Of a stretch of DNA of 14,573 nt, positions 1-9,799 are shown in pieces. The stretch spans positions 1 to 14,573 of the forward strand of contig CBDBBI010000004.1 of NCBI GenBank assembly GCA_965202625.1. The letters are read 5' to 3'. Under the pieces are notes generated by a model, which had not been told where the DNA came from, did not search any database, and saw only the letters and a program-made list of their open reading frames with translations. Source of the DNA: a bacterium. Its GTDB lineage: Bacteria; UBA8248. Both the position numbers and the translations under genes were made by a program. Positions within the stretch are counted from its first letter, which is position 1. Each line of letters begins with the position of its first letter.

Positions 1-479
1 TCATTTTGGATATGCGTAATGGCATCCGGATAGTCCGCCGGGTCCACCAGTGCGGCCACGCGGGCATGGTTCTTAGAAGCCGCGCGCACCATAGAGGGAC
101 CACCGACGTCGATTTTCTCCATCGCCTCATTCCGCGTGACGCCGGGCCTAGCAATAGTTTCCCTGAACGGGTAGAGGTTCACCGCCACCAGGTCTATGGG
201 CACGATGTCGTTCGCTCGCATCTCCTCTTCCTGCTCGGGCAGGAGCGCCAGAATGCCACCCAAAATTTTGGGATGAAGCGTTTTGACGCGCCCACCCATG
301 ATTTCCGGATGCCCCGTATAATCGGCAATATCCCGCACGGGAACTCCCGCATCGCGCAGCGTTTTCGCCGTGCCGCCCGTGGAGAGCACTTCCCAGTCCG
401 TATCGACAAGGGAGGCGGCGAGTTCTAGGACGCCTCTCTTGTCGCTCACGCTGATGAGGGCGCGACGCCTCTCGCTCAT
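1..479 (-). CDS. purH: Bifunctional AICAR formyltransferase/IMP cyclohydrolase, N-terminal part (runs off the window start)
   Basis: Not in the ORF track; translated by hand from ATG at 479 (GTG at 482 is an alternative): [88 protein letters not shown]. These are the classic PurH IMP-cyclohydrolase/MGS-like motifs. Confidence 0.97.
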   Translation of the reverse strand, partial: MSERRRALISVSDKRGVLELAASLVDTDWEVLSTGGTAKTLRDAGVPVRDIADYTGHPEIMGGRVKTLHPKILGGILALLPEQEEEMRANDIVPIDLVAVNLYPFRETIARPGVTRNEAMEKIDVGGPSMVRAASKNHARVAALVDPADYPDAITHIQN

Positions 480-482
480 CAC

Positions 483-1733
483 CTATGCCTCTTCCCGACG
501 CACTTCATATCCTTCCTGCAACAAGAGTTGAACCAATTTTTCGAGATGCGCCCGACCGCGCACCTCCATGTGGAGAGTCGATAGGGTATGGTTGATGGGC
601 ACTTCCGTAGAAAACCTATCATGCTCAATGTGGATGATGTTCACCCGACAATCAGCCACGATCTCTGAGAGCCGCATCAGCGCGCCGGGAACATCGTGAA
701 GCGGCACTTGTATCCGTGCATAGCGGTTCGCGAGAGCCAAACCCTTGCCGATAATGCGCGAGAGCAGGTTGACGTCCAGATTGCCGCCGCTGATCAGGGT
801 GACCACCTTTCCGCTTACCCTGACTTTTCTTTCAATGAGCGCGGCGAGGGAGGAGGCGCCCGCCGCCTCGACCAACATTCTCTCTCGTTCGAGGAGTCCC
901 AAAATGGCGTTGGCCATCGCGTCGTCGGAGACGGAGACCACCTGGTCCACCAAATCCTGAATCAAGGGAAAACAGAGTTCCCCGATTCTCTTGACGGCGA
1001 TGCCGTCCGCGATCGTCTGCACCACGTTCGACTCGACGATTCTTCCCGCATCGAGGGAGCGCACGAGTGACGCGGCACCCTCCGCCACCACGCCGATGAT
1101 GCGCACGTCGGGTTTTCGTGTCTTCACCACCGCAGCGAGACCCGCGATGAGGCCGCCGCCGCCAACAGGGACAAGGATAGTTCCCACGTCCGGAATTTCC
1201 TCTAGTATCTCAAGCCCCAAGGTTCCCTGGCCCGCGATGACGTCAAGGTGATCAAAAGGAGGAATCATCGTCAGGCCGCGCTCTTTTTCGTAGGCGCGCG
1301 CACGTTCATAGGCATCGTCAAAAGACGATCCGAACAACTCCGTTTCAGCACCCAGGGCCCGCACGGCGTCGAGTTTGGTGTTCGGCGTGGATTCGGGCAT
1401 CACCACCAAGGCTTTGACGCCGCATTGCTGCGCCGCGAAAGCGACGCCCTGGGCGTGGTTTCCAGCACTCGCGGTGACGACGCCCCATTGATGCTGCGCG
1501 GGTTCTAGCTTTTGCAGCGCGTATATGCCACCCCGCACCTTAAAAGAGCCTGTTCGCTGGAAGTTCTCGGGCTTGAGGCAAACCTCAACGCCCAAATGTT
1601 CCGAGAAGTGCTCGGTGAGGCGGGCGGGGGTCGGCCGCAAATAAGACGATATCACTTCGGTCGCCCGAACTGCCTCGGCGGCGATGAGCGTGGGGTCCAA
1701 CGTTTGTCGTGATACCTGGGAGTCTATTCGCAT
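483..1733 (-). CDS. ilvA: Threonine ammonia-lyase (threonine dehydratase), medium form with a single C-terminal ACT domain
   Basis: PLP-lysine motif LKPENFQRTGSFKVRG, plus ASAGNHAQG, VPVGGGGL and ISGGNLD; ACT-like tail (LHDVPGALMRLSEIVADCRVNIIHIEHDR). Start placed at ATG 1733 (MRIDSQ) rather than 1862 because the upstream 43 codons show no resemblance to the family; the exact start is uncertain. Confidence 0.92.
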   Translation of the reverse strand: MRIDSQVSRQTLDPTLIAAEAVRATEVISSYLRPTPARLTEHFSEHLGVEVCLKPENFQRTGSFKVRGGIYALQKLEPAQHQWGVVTASAGNHAQGVAFAAQQCGVKALVVMPESTPNTKLDAVRALGAETELFGSSFDDAYERARAYEKERGLTMIPPFDHLDVIAGQGTLGLEILEEIPDVGTILVPVGGGGLIAGLAAVVKTRKPDVRIIGVVAEGAASLVRSLDAGRIVESNVVQTIADGIAVKRIGELCFPLIQDLVDQVVSVSDDAMANAILGLLERERMLVEAAGASSLAALIERKVRVSGKVVTLISGGNLDVNLLSRIIGKGLALANRYARIQVPLHDVPGALMRLSEIVADCRVNIIHIEHDRFSTEVPINHTLSTLHMEVRGRAHLEKLVQLLLQEGYEVRREEA

Positions 1734-1897
1734 GGGTATTCTTTCTGTGTTTTGCGCGCGCAGAAAAACACCGCCTTCATTGCAATTCCAACGCTCACGC
1801 AAAGTTCGAGCACAGGAATGGACAAAGCCGCGCCGGGGGCAGACAACTTCCACCTCGAACATTTTCGCACTTCAAGAAGTAAATCCCTCAAACCTAA

Positions 1898-2269
1898 TAC
1901 CAGAGCGGGCCTGTAAGCCGGGTTCTGTCACCCGCCAGATGGCGAGTTCGCGACCATCTATCTGGGACGATGGTCGCCCATCGCCTCAAGCGGCCTACCC
2001 GGGGATATTGGACGGGCCGCCCTCAAGCATCCCCCTATTTGGCCTTGCTCCGGGTGGGGTTTACCGAGCCAGCCTAGTCACCCAGGCTGCTGGTGCGCTC
2101 TTACCGCACCTTTTCACCCTTACCCCGATTTAGACCGAGGCGGTTTGTTTTCTGTGGCACTTTCCCGAGGGTCGCCCCTGGTGGACGTTATCCACCACCC
2201 TGCCCTGTGGAGCCCGGACTTTCCTCCCGCAGACGATTGCTGCGCGCGGCCGCGCAGCCCACTCCGGTA
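1898..2269 (-). ncRNA. rnpB: RNase P RNA, bacterial type A
   Basis: Minus strand carries GAGGAAAGTCCGGGCTCCA, AGTGCCACAGAAAAC, GGTAAACCCCACCCGGAGCAAGGCCAAATAGGGG and ACAGAACCCGGCTTA. P1 pairs TACCGGAGTGGGC with GCCCGCTCTGGTA. Confidence 0.97.
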
Positions 2270-2276
2270 AACGTGA

Positions 2277-2690
2277 TTACGACATCCCCCTATCAATGGC
2301 GCGATTGGCCGCGGCGTCGGCCTTAGTATTTTCGCCGCGTCGCACATGGCGCACCTCAACAGAGGCGAATTCCCGGGCCGCCTCCCTAGCCCTCTGGTAC
2401 AAAGGCTTAAGCGCCTTGTTCTTGACCCGATACTCGCCACTCCACTGGCGGGCCATGAGTTCTGAGTCCGTCACCACCTCCACGCTTTCGGCCCCTAGCT
2501 TGATGGCGTGCTCCAGTCCCAGCAAAAACGCCTGGTATTCCGCCACGTTGTTCGTCACCACACCCAAGTACCTGATTTCCTCCGCCACGCAGTCGCCCGC
2601 GTCGTCATACAACAAGGCGGCCGCCCCCGCCGGGCCCGGATTCCCCCGCGCAGCCCCATCCGTGTGAATGCGCAGACGTCCCCTCCTCAT
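2277..2690 (-). CDS. rnhA: Ribonuclease HI (RNase HI-like type lacking the basic protrusion)
   Basis: HTDGAARGNPGPAG, TNNVAEY, TDSELM and NTKADAAAN supply the D-E-D-D catalytic set. ATGA overlap with the upstream gene at 2687-2690. Confidence 0.92.
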   Translation of the reverse strand: MRRGRLRIHTDGAARGNPGPAGAAALLYDDAGDCVAEEIRYLGVVTNNVAEYQAFLLGLEHAIKLGAESVEVVTDSELMARQWSGEYRVKNKALKPLYQRAREAAREFASVEVRHVRRGENTKADAAANRAIDRGMS

Positions 2691-3433
2691 TCCACATCCA
2701 CCGACAAACTCAACTCAACGCTTTCGCCTTCCTGATAATACAGGATGCGTTTGCAATTCGAGCACGTATAAATGTCGTCTCTCGCATCCCTGATCTCCAA
2801 AAAACGCTTAATGGTCTCCGCAGTGCGACAGCCTTGACACATGCGGTTGAGGACAGCACAAACAGCTAGTCCTTTTCGGGATTTTCTCAAGCCACTATAG
2901 CGCCTCATCCACTCCTCGCTTACGCCGTTTGCGAGAGACTGCGACTTATCGGCAAGCACACTCAATTCGCGCTGAAAATCCGCCTGACGCGCCTCATATT
3001 TCTTTATCTCACCCTGGATCCTACCCTGTGCCGATTTCAGTTCGCCGCGCGCGCGCGCAAGCCTCTCCTCATGCGCGGGCGCGTTTTCCATCATCTCAAG
3101 AACGGTATCCTCCAGCGCGCTGATTCGATTTTGATAGCTCGATATCTCCGCGTCCAAAGCACGATACTCCTCGTTCGTCTTGACAAGGGTTTGTTTACCA
3201 CGAACGTCTCGCAACTTCTGATCGAAGGATTGGACCTCGCCCTCCGATTCGCGCAATTTTCTTTGCACGGCCTCCATCTCTTTTTCGAGTTCCCGCACGG
3301 TCGACTCGAAATCCACCAAATACCGCTTTTCCCTCTCAATTGAAGCAGGAATTTTCGATATCGCAGCCCGGTTCTCATCTATCCTAGCGTCAATCTCCTG
3401 AAGTTCCACCAAGGCTGCCAGCTCTGGGTGCAC
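2687..3433 (-). CDS. Coiled-coil protein with C-terminal C4 zinc ribbon (DUF164 / CT398 / HP0958-like)
   Basis: LVELQEID N-terminus, long coiled coil with KTNEEYRALDAEI, and C-terminal CQGC...CSNCKRILY. GTG start preceded by GAGGGG. Confidence 0.9.
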   Translation of the reverse strand: MHPELAALVELQEIDARIDENRAAISKIPASIEREKRYLVDFESTVRELEKEMEAVQRKLRESEGEVQSFDQKLRDVRGKQTLVKTNEEYRALDAEISSYQNRISALEDTVLEMMENAPAHEERLARARGELKSAQGRIQGEIKKYEARQADFQRELSVLADKSQSLANGVSEEWMRRYSGLRKSRKGLAVCAVLNRMCQGCRTAETIKRFLEIRDARDDIYTCSNCKRILYYQEGESVELSLSVDVE

Positions 3434-3479
3434 TGCGCCAGACCCCTCGCATCGCTTCCGTAGTTAAGGAGAAATCAAG

Positions 3480-3554
3480 TGGTGGGCCCACCTGGATTCG
3501 AACCAAGGACCAGCCGGTTATGAGCCGGCGGCTCTACCGCTGAGCTATGGGCCC
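3480..3554 (-). tRNA. tRNA with CAT anticodon, most likely tRNA-Ile2 (lysidine-modified, reads AUA); CCA encoded
   Basis: GGGCCCATAGCTCAGCGGTAGAGCCGCCGGCTCATAACCGGCTGGTCCTTGGTTCGAATCCAGGTGGGCCCACCA folds as a cloverleaf. The 1:72 pair is intact and the anticodon stem lacks three consecutive G-C pairs, so it is not fMet. C4:G69 and C5:G68, the known TilS determinants, are present. Confidence 0.93.
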
Positions 3555-3637
3555 CATTTGCACGACCTTCGAAAAAGATGCGCCGCGAGGTGTGGACTTG
3601 GCGGCCCTCTCCGTATCGCGCCCTCATTCAAGTGTGC

Positions 3638-3667
3638 ATATATGGGCCTCGGCGTCTTCAATGTCAA
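3638..3667 (-). promoter_or_regulatory. Candidate sigma70 promoter for the tRNA / Zn-ribbon / rnhA / rnpB unit
   Basis: Perfect TTGACA (3667-3662) just after the rpoD stop, followed 17-19 nt later by an AT patch (CATATATG). The -10 match is imperfect. Confidence 0.45.
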
Positions 3668-3686
3668 TCGCGCAAGGCCTTTCCGC

Positions 3687-5468
3687 TCAACTTCCCTCTT
3701 CGATGAAACTCTTGAGCTTCTTGCTCCTCGTAGGATGACGGAGTTTTCTGAGCGCTTTTGCCTCAATCTGACGAATCCGCTCGCGGGTAACGTCGAAATT
3801 CTGCCCCACCTCCTCAAGCGTATGCTCATTCTCCGCCCCAATGCCAAAGCGCTTGCGCAATACCTTCTCCTCGCGCGGGCTGAGGGTTTGAAGCACCTTT
3901 TGCGTCTGCTCCTTCAGGTTCAGCTTGATGACTGAGTCTTGCGGCACTTCGGCCTTTGTATCCTCAATGAAGTCGCCCAACTGGCTGTCCTCCTCCTCGC
4001 CGATGGGCGTCTCGAGGCTGATAGGCTCCTTGGCGATCTTGAGCACCTTCCTCACTTTATCGACGGGCATATCCATCTCGATCGCAATTTCCTCGGGCAG
4101 CGGCTCGCGCCCAAGCTTTTGAATGAGCTGCCTCGAAGTGCGGATGAGTTTGTTGATCGTCTCGATCATATGCACGGGTATCCGAATCGTTCGCGCCTGG
4201 TCGGCGATCGCCCGGGTTATGGCCTGTCGAATCCACCACGTGGCATAGGTGCTGAATTTGTAGCCGCGCTTATACTCGAACTTGTCTACCGCCTTCATGA
4301 GGCCGATATTCCCCTCTTGAATCAGGTCCAGGAACTGGAGGCCCCGGTTCGTGTATTTCTTCGCGATGCTTACGACGAGGCGCAGGTTCGCCTCAGCGAG
4401 CTCTTTTTTCGCTTGGCGATCCTTGCGGCGTCCACGGCGAATCATCTTCAGTGAATTTTCGAGATCCTCGCGCGAGGCACCCGCCTCTTTTTCCGTCGCC
4501 CGGATTCTGCGGCGCACGTTTTTGATACGGCGACCATATTCAGCAAGAATGTTAATGGGAATGCGCTTCTCTCCAACGGTCTGGAACGCGGCCCCCTTCT
4601 TTTCCTTAGCCTTGGAGACCTCACGAATCATCGTCCGCAGTTGGGGTTCATCCATCCCTACCCCTTCGAGATATTCCTCGATCTCCTTTTCAAGAGCCCG
4701 CATGGATTGCACGTAGGACTTCACCCGATCCGCTATGCTGCCGACATGCTCGGGGCGCAGGTTTATCTCACGGATGCAGGACGCTACCTTATCACGAGTT
4801 CTTTGCAGAGAAGCGGATTTCTCGCCCGCCGCTTTTTTCTTCTCCAAGGCACGGAGTTGCGTCCGCACCTTACTCACGAGCTTGAGTATCCGCTTTTTGT
4901 CCTCCTCGTAAGCGGGCTTTTCCCTGCCCTCATCATCCAAGGCCGCCTCGTTGGTGATGACAACGAGATCGGTCACACTGATTTCGCTTTTCCTGAGCTT
5001 ATCGGACAGATCCAGGACGGCGTTGATCGCCACCTGCGTGCTCACCGTCGCCTGGCATACCTCGAGCTGCCCCTCCTCTATCCTCTTGGCGATTGCAATT
5101 TCTCCCTCCCTGCTCAAAAGGGGAATCTGCCCCATCTCGCGCAAGTACATCCGCATGGGATCATCAGTCTTTCCATAGGTGGAATCATCAAACGAGGTAA
5201 TGGACTCCGATCCGCCTTTCGCCGAGATTGCCGTCTCGCTCTTTTTCTTAGCGGCGCGCTTCTCGGCTGATTCGTTGTCGAGAATCTCGATGTCCATGTC
5301 GTTAAAAAGCACCATGATATCATCGATGATCTCGGGCGAGGTAACGTCAGACGGCAGAACTTCGTTGACCTCTTCATAAGTGAGAAAACCCTTCTCCTTT
5401 CCGAGATCAATTAAATTCTTGACGTCATCCGTCTTTTTCTTTTTTTTCGACTGCGTCGCTTGCACCAA
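3687..5468 (-). CDS. rpoD: Primary RNA polymerase sigma factor (sigma70)
   Basis: Region 1.1 [17 protein letters not shown]; 1.2 [12 protein letters not shown]; region 2 [61 protein letters not shown]; region 4 [30 protein letters not shown]. Start reassigned to TTG 5468, 8 nt after AAGGAG (GTG 5465 is an alternative), which avoids overlap with dnaG. Confidence 0.98.
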   Translation of the reverse strand: MVQATQSKKKKKTDDVKNLIDLGKEKGFLTYEEVNEVLPSDVTSPEIIDDIMVLFNDMDIEILDNESAEKRAAKKKSETAISAKGGSESITSFDDSTYGKTDDPMRMYLREMGQIPLLSREGEIAIAKRIEEGQLEVCQATVSTQVAINAVLDLSDKLRKSEISVTDLVVITNEAALDDEGREKPAYEEDKKRILKLVSKVRTQLRALEKKKAAGEKSASLQRTRDKVASCIREINLRPEHVGSIADRVKSYVQSMRALEKEIEEYLEGVGMDEPQLRTMIREVSKAKEKKGAAFQTVGEKRIPINILAEYGRRIKNVRRRIRATEKEAGASREDLENSLKMIRRGRRKDRQAKKELAEANLRLVVSIAKKYTNRGLQFLDLIQEGNIGLMKAVDKFEYKRGYKFSTYATWWIRQAITRAIADQARTIRIPVHMIETINKLIRTSRQLIQKLGREPLPEEIAIEMDMPVDKVRKVLKIAKEPISLETPIGEEEDSQLGDFIEDTKAEVPQDSVIKLNLKEQTQKVLQTLSPREEKVLRKRFGIGAENEHTLEEVGQNFDVTRERIRQIEAKALRKLRHPTRSKKLKSFIEEGS

Positions 5469-5535
5469 TGTCCGTTCTCCTTTGATCTTGCCGGGCAATC
5501 TCGCCACCATGAATCCATTAAGATTGGAAAGCGCC

Positions 5536-7416
5536 TCAACGAGGAGACGCGAATCGCTGCCGCTCACGCAGAAGCGCATTTTTGCACTCCAACAATTTCC
5601 AGAGCTTTGGGGAATCCTCCCCCTCTTCCTCGCGCGTCCGCTTGATAACCTTCTGTAAATCCTCCGCCCGCTTTCGCCGGTCGCGCTCTTTCAACCTGGC
5701 TATGCAATCGCTCAACTCCGCCTCTATATCTTCAGGTTCCACCTCAGCAACGGCCAACTCCATCACCAAAGCGCGCGCCTCCGCGTTTTCCAGCCTATCT
5801 GCCAAAGAGGCCGCCGTGAGCGAAACCGCATCATGGGATTTCATGAGAGAGACAACCTCATTTACCGCCGAGTCGGTCATCAAGCCGTTAGGGACCTCGG
5901 ACGCCAACTCCGGCTTCATCAGCAAAAGCTGCAAGGCGTCTATCTCGAATCGGGGACGTTCTACGCTCTCGCCCAACAGGTTGACTTGTTTTTCCTCTTT
6001 TTGGTGCGATCTTTCCCGCTTGTTTTCCGTCAGCATTCGCCTCACCATAGAAGTCAGCGTGGGATATGGAATCGCAAGCTGATCTTCCAGCAAGGCCAAA
6101 TATTGGTCTTGAACGCTCCGGTGGCAAGCCCCGAGTATGGGCAAAAGCCGCTGAATCGCCTCGATTTTCTCGGCCTGTCCCGCCCCCGCCCCGATGTCGG
6201 ACACCACGGTTTTGACGGTATGCTCTAAGATTCCCTCCGCGGAGGAGAGAATACGAGTGAAGGCGTCCGTCCCGTTCTTCCCCAAAAACGTATCGACATC
6301 CTGGCCCTCGGGCAGGTTTACCACCTTGAGACGCACCGCGCCCGCGCGGTCGATAAAATCCCTGCGCAAAACATCGCTCGCCACAAGGCGATCGGGTGCG
6401 CCGGCGAGGCCGAGCATCCGGCCCGCCATGGCACCAGCGCGCTGTGAGGCCGCCAGACCCGCCGCATCCGGATCAAAGACAAATACGAGCTCCTCGGCGT
6501 GCGCCCTCAGACTCCTGATATGCCCAGAGGTTAACGCGGTGCCGAGAGGTGCGACAGCTTCTCGAAAACCACGCTGCCAAAGCGATATGACGTCAAAATA
6601 TCCCTCCGTCACCAAAGCACACTTTTTCTCACGAATCGACTCCCTGGCCTCATAAAAACCATATAAAGTTCTTCCCTTCTTGAAAAGCGGCGTATCCGGC
6701 GAATTCACGTATTTCGCAGTGGCATGTCGCGGATCGCTATCGGGCAGCGAACGCCCGCCAAAACCCACTACCTCGCCATCGTGGTTCAGGATGGGAAACA
6801 TGATTCGGTCCCTGAAGCGATCATAAAACCCGCCGCCATTCGCGCGTTGCAATACAAGGCCCGCCTCTGCGAGAGCATCGGGAGACATTCTCTTGCTCCT
6901 CGCCCCCTTGATGAGGGAATCCCAGCGCGGGGGCGCATACCCGATTTGAAACTTCGCAACGGCTTCAGGCGCGATAGCGCGCTCGGCCAGATACAAACGA
7001 CCCCTCTCGCCAACGTTGCTCTTGAGCGCGACGCGGAAGAAATCAACCGCCAAGCGATTCGCGGCCAATATCTTTTGCCTCGCATCCAGCTTTTGAGTGC
7101 CTCCGCCCCGAGATTCCTCATAACGGGAGAGATCAACACCCTGACGCCTCGCCAAACGCGAGAGTGTTTCTGGAAAGCTCATGCCCTCATGTTGCATCAA
7201 GAACTGAAACGCGTTGCCCCCTGACCCACATCCGAAACATTTATAAATCCCCATACGAGGGTTTACGTGGAAAGAAGGCGTTTTTTCATCATGGAACGGA
7301 CAAAGCCCCTTGTAATTCGCGCCCACTTTCTTGAGTCGAACGAACTCGCCGACGACCTCCTCTATGGGAGCGCCGTCTCTTATCCGATCAACCACATCCT
7401 CCGGAACGCGTCCCAT
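5536..7416 (-). CDS. dnaG: DNA primase
   Basis: CHC2 zinc finger [20 protein letters not shown]; [13 protein letters not shown]; GFGGR; KYVNSPDT; TOPRIM EGYFDV, LGTALT, FDPDAAG. Lies directly upstream of rpoD. Confidence 0.98.
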   Translation of the reverse strand: MGRVPEDVVDRIRDGAPIEEVVGEFVRLKKVGANYKGLCPFHDEKTPSFHVNPRMGIYKCFGCGSGGNAFQFLMQHEGMSFPETLSRLARRQGVDLSRYEESRGGGTQKLDARQKILAANRLAVDFFRVALKSNVGERGRLYLAERAIAPEAVAKFQIGYAPPRWDSLIKGARSKRMSPDALAEAGLVLQRANGGGFYDRFRDRIMFPILNHDGEVVGFGGRSLPDSDPRHATAKYVNSPDTPLFKKGRTLYGFYEARESIREKKCALVTEGYFDVISLWQRGFREAVAPLGTALTSGHIRSLRAHAEELVFVFDPDAAGLAASQRAGAMAGRMLGLAGAPDRLVASDVLRRDFIDRAGAVRLKVVNLPEGQDVDTFLGKNGTDAFTRILSSAEGILEHTVKTVVSDIGAGAGQAEKIEAIQRLLPILGACHRSVQDQYLALLEDQLAIPYPTLTSMVRRMLTENKRERSHQKEEKQVNLLGESVERPRFEIDALQLLLMKPELASEVPNGLMTDSAVNEVVSLMKSHDAVSLTAASLADRLENAEARALVMELAVAEVEPEDIEAELSDCIARLKERDRRKRAEDLQKVIKRTREEEGEDSPKLWKLLECKNALLRERQRFASPR

Positions 7417-7446
7417 TTCCCCATCCTCAGAAGAGAAGGCTAAGCA

Positions 7447-9794
7447 TCAGCGCAAAGCCAACTCCACCTGGGTGCCCCCCCAGCCGCCTTCCTCCGGCCG
7501 GGCGAGGCCAAATTTTGACACCAAGGCGTGTTCTCTCAAACGATCCGCGACGATTCTGGAGAGCACCCCCTCGCCTTTGCCATGAACGATGCGGACCGAC
7601 GCTACCCCTACAACAGCGGCGTCATCGAGATATTTCTCCAGCATATAGAGCGCGAGTTCAGCGCGCACGCCGCGCAAGTGCAGATCAGACGAGAAACACT
7701 CCCCCCCTCAACGCAACGTCGTGCGTCACCGCTCCCCTCCGGGGCGGCACGCTCGCCTCACCTGCCAAAACCTCTACCGCCTTGCAGGCGAGACGCAGGG
7801 ATTTCCCGTTCACCCTCACACTTAATTCATCTTCTCCGTGGAAGGCGAACACCTCTCCGGCGCAATTCATGAGCGGAATGCGGACCCTATCGCCCACGCG
7901 AGGAGAAACCGGCGCAGAGTTCGCCGCTTCCTCCTGGGGGGCGGGGAGAGCGGCGTTGACTTTGGCGCCCATCTCGCGGATGCACTCAGGCGCGATTCGT
8001 CTGGCTTCTTCGATTGCACGCGTTCCACGCATATCCTCTAAGAGGCCATCAGCCGCAAGCCTCAATTCTTTCAGAAAACGAGCCGCCTCGTCGTTTTTTT
8101 GACGCGCCTCCTCGCGCATCCGGCCCTTCAGTTCAGTCTCTCTCGCCTCAGCCCGCGCCTCCTTAGCCGCCTCTCTCTCGGTAATCTCGCGTTCGCACTC
8201 AGAAAGATTCGCCATCAGACGGTTGACCTGAACGGGGCTGCTTATCCGCAACGCATCCGCGCGCGCCAGCACAGACGCAGGCAAGCCTGTCTTTTGGGCC
8301 ACCTATAGGGCGTTGCTCAGCCCCACCGCGACCATGCACACCCGGTAGGTCGGCGAGAGGATCCGCATCGAACTCCACCGACGCGTTCTCAGCATGAGCG
8401 GCCACATACACGCATAATAATTCAGGGCGTCATAGTGCGTGGTCGCCACACAAAGCGCGCCAAGGGAAGCCAGATGCTCCAGCACGGAGACACCGATGGC
8501 GGAGCCCTCGGGCCGGGTCGGTGCTGGAGCCTAACTCGTCCAGAAGCACGAGCGCACCTTCTTTCGCCTCTCGCACCGCACTTGAAACACGCGCCATGTG
8601 GCTCGAGAAAGCACTCAGGTTCTGGGAAATGTCCTGTTCATCCCTGATATCCGCAAACAAAGTCTTGACGAAGGGCAAAGCACTCTCAGGCGCGGACGGG
8701 GGGTAGGATACCACACTGATGAAGTGCTACGCAAAGCCCTACCGTCTTAAACACCACGGTCTTGCCGCCGGTGTTAGTACCCGCGATGAGGAGTTGACGA
8801 AACCCGCCACCTCCCACTTCGATATCAATAGGCACCACCTGATCCTTGGGAATCGCGCCGACGCCCGCGGTGAGAAGTGGATGGCGCGCGCTTGAGACGG
8901 ACGCTCCCGTCCGCGCTGACGCCAGCGCGCGCGCCGCGCCAATCGATCCCCAAGCGTCCTTTCGCCACAATGAGATCGAGCGCCGCCAGGCATCTCACCA
9001 AATGCACAATGGATTTGCGCGCCGCCATTGTCTCCGCCGTCAGTTCGCGCAGGATTCTTTCCACCTCCGCACGCTCGATCTCGCACTCCTCAGCGATAGC
9101 GTTGTTGAGGCCCACGGCGGACAGCGGCTCTATGAACAGCGTTTCTCCACTCGCGGAGCGATCCTGAATCACGCCCTCGAATGCACGCCTGAAAGTAGTT
9201 TTGGCGGGAATCACATATCGCTCGCGCCGCTGGACGATCAGGTTTTTCCGCACCACATTGGGATGCGCGGCCATCACTCGATCGAGCAGGCGTCGTATCT
9301 CGGCCCGCAATACGCGTTGTTTCGCCTTGGATTCGTGAAGTGCGAGACTCGCGTCCTCACGCACCTCACCACGCGCATCGAGCGCGCGCCTGATCTGTGC
9401 GGCCAAGGGATGCTGCATATCCGCTACATGAATGCGCATTCTCAGTCGAGGTAGCCTATCGGCACGCTTCTCCATGAAGTGATGCGCGTCAGAAGCGAGG
9501 CACAACAACGAGAGAATAGACAGGAATTTCTCGCCCTCAAGGTTTCCGCCTCGGCGTCTGACATCCTCCAGCCATTCGTCCGGATCGTCGAAGGTGGCCA
9601 GCGGAATGAACTCTCCAGCCCCAAGGAGAGACAACACCTCGTCCGTCTCATCGAGCAGTGCCCTGACTTCAAAAGAGCGAGGTGGCGGGAACGAGAGCGG
9701 CGGCGGCAGACGCCCCGGCCGCGCAAACGCAACGGGCGGCGAGCAGATTCAGCGCACTGGGGAATTCAATGGCTTGCAGGATCCGGTCATCCAT
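7447..9794 (-). pseudogene. mutS2: MutS2 (ATPase + KOW + Smr endonuclease) pseudogene with multiple frameshifts and one nonsense codon
   Basis: Fragments in changing frames rebuild the whole protein: MDDRILQAIEF (ATG 9794); DRSASGETLFIEP; ARHPLL; Walker A IAGTNTGGKTV; FADIRDEQDISQNLSAFSSHM; Walker B LVLLDELG; ATTHY; ENASVEFD; PTYR; SNAL*; VGDRVRI (KOW); Smr DLHLRG..IVHGKGEGVL..EGGWGGT. Confidence 0.95.
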
Positions 9795-9799
9795 CACAC

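Noticed and set aside
2120-2440. 106-aa minus-strand ORF, and plus-strand ORFs 1684-2133 and 2093-2326
   Set aside because: They overlap rnpB and rnhA; these are spurious translations of the RNase P RNA.
3480-3554. tRNA as an integration site for a prophage or island
   Set aside because: I saw no duplicated tRNA 3' end and no integrase in the window; the flanking genes are core genes.
5469-5579. N-terminal extensions in the ORF track for rpoD (to 5579), ilvA (to 1862) and hisIE (to 11080)
   Set aside because: They overlap upstream genes or lack family similarity; better starts exist downstream (SD-supported for rpoD and hisIE).
7447-9794. Programmed frameshifting or stop-codon recoding as a way to express mutS2
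   Set aside because: Eight independent lesions of mixed sign plus motif substitutions are too many for recoding, and TAG serves as a normal stop in ilvA, hisA, hisIE and hisB.
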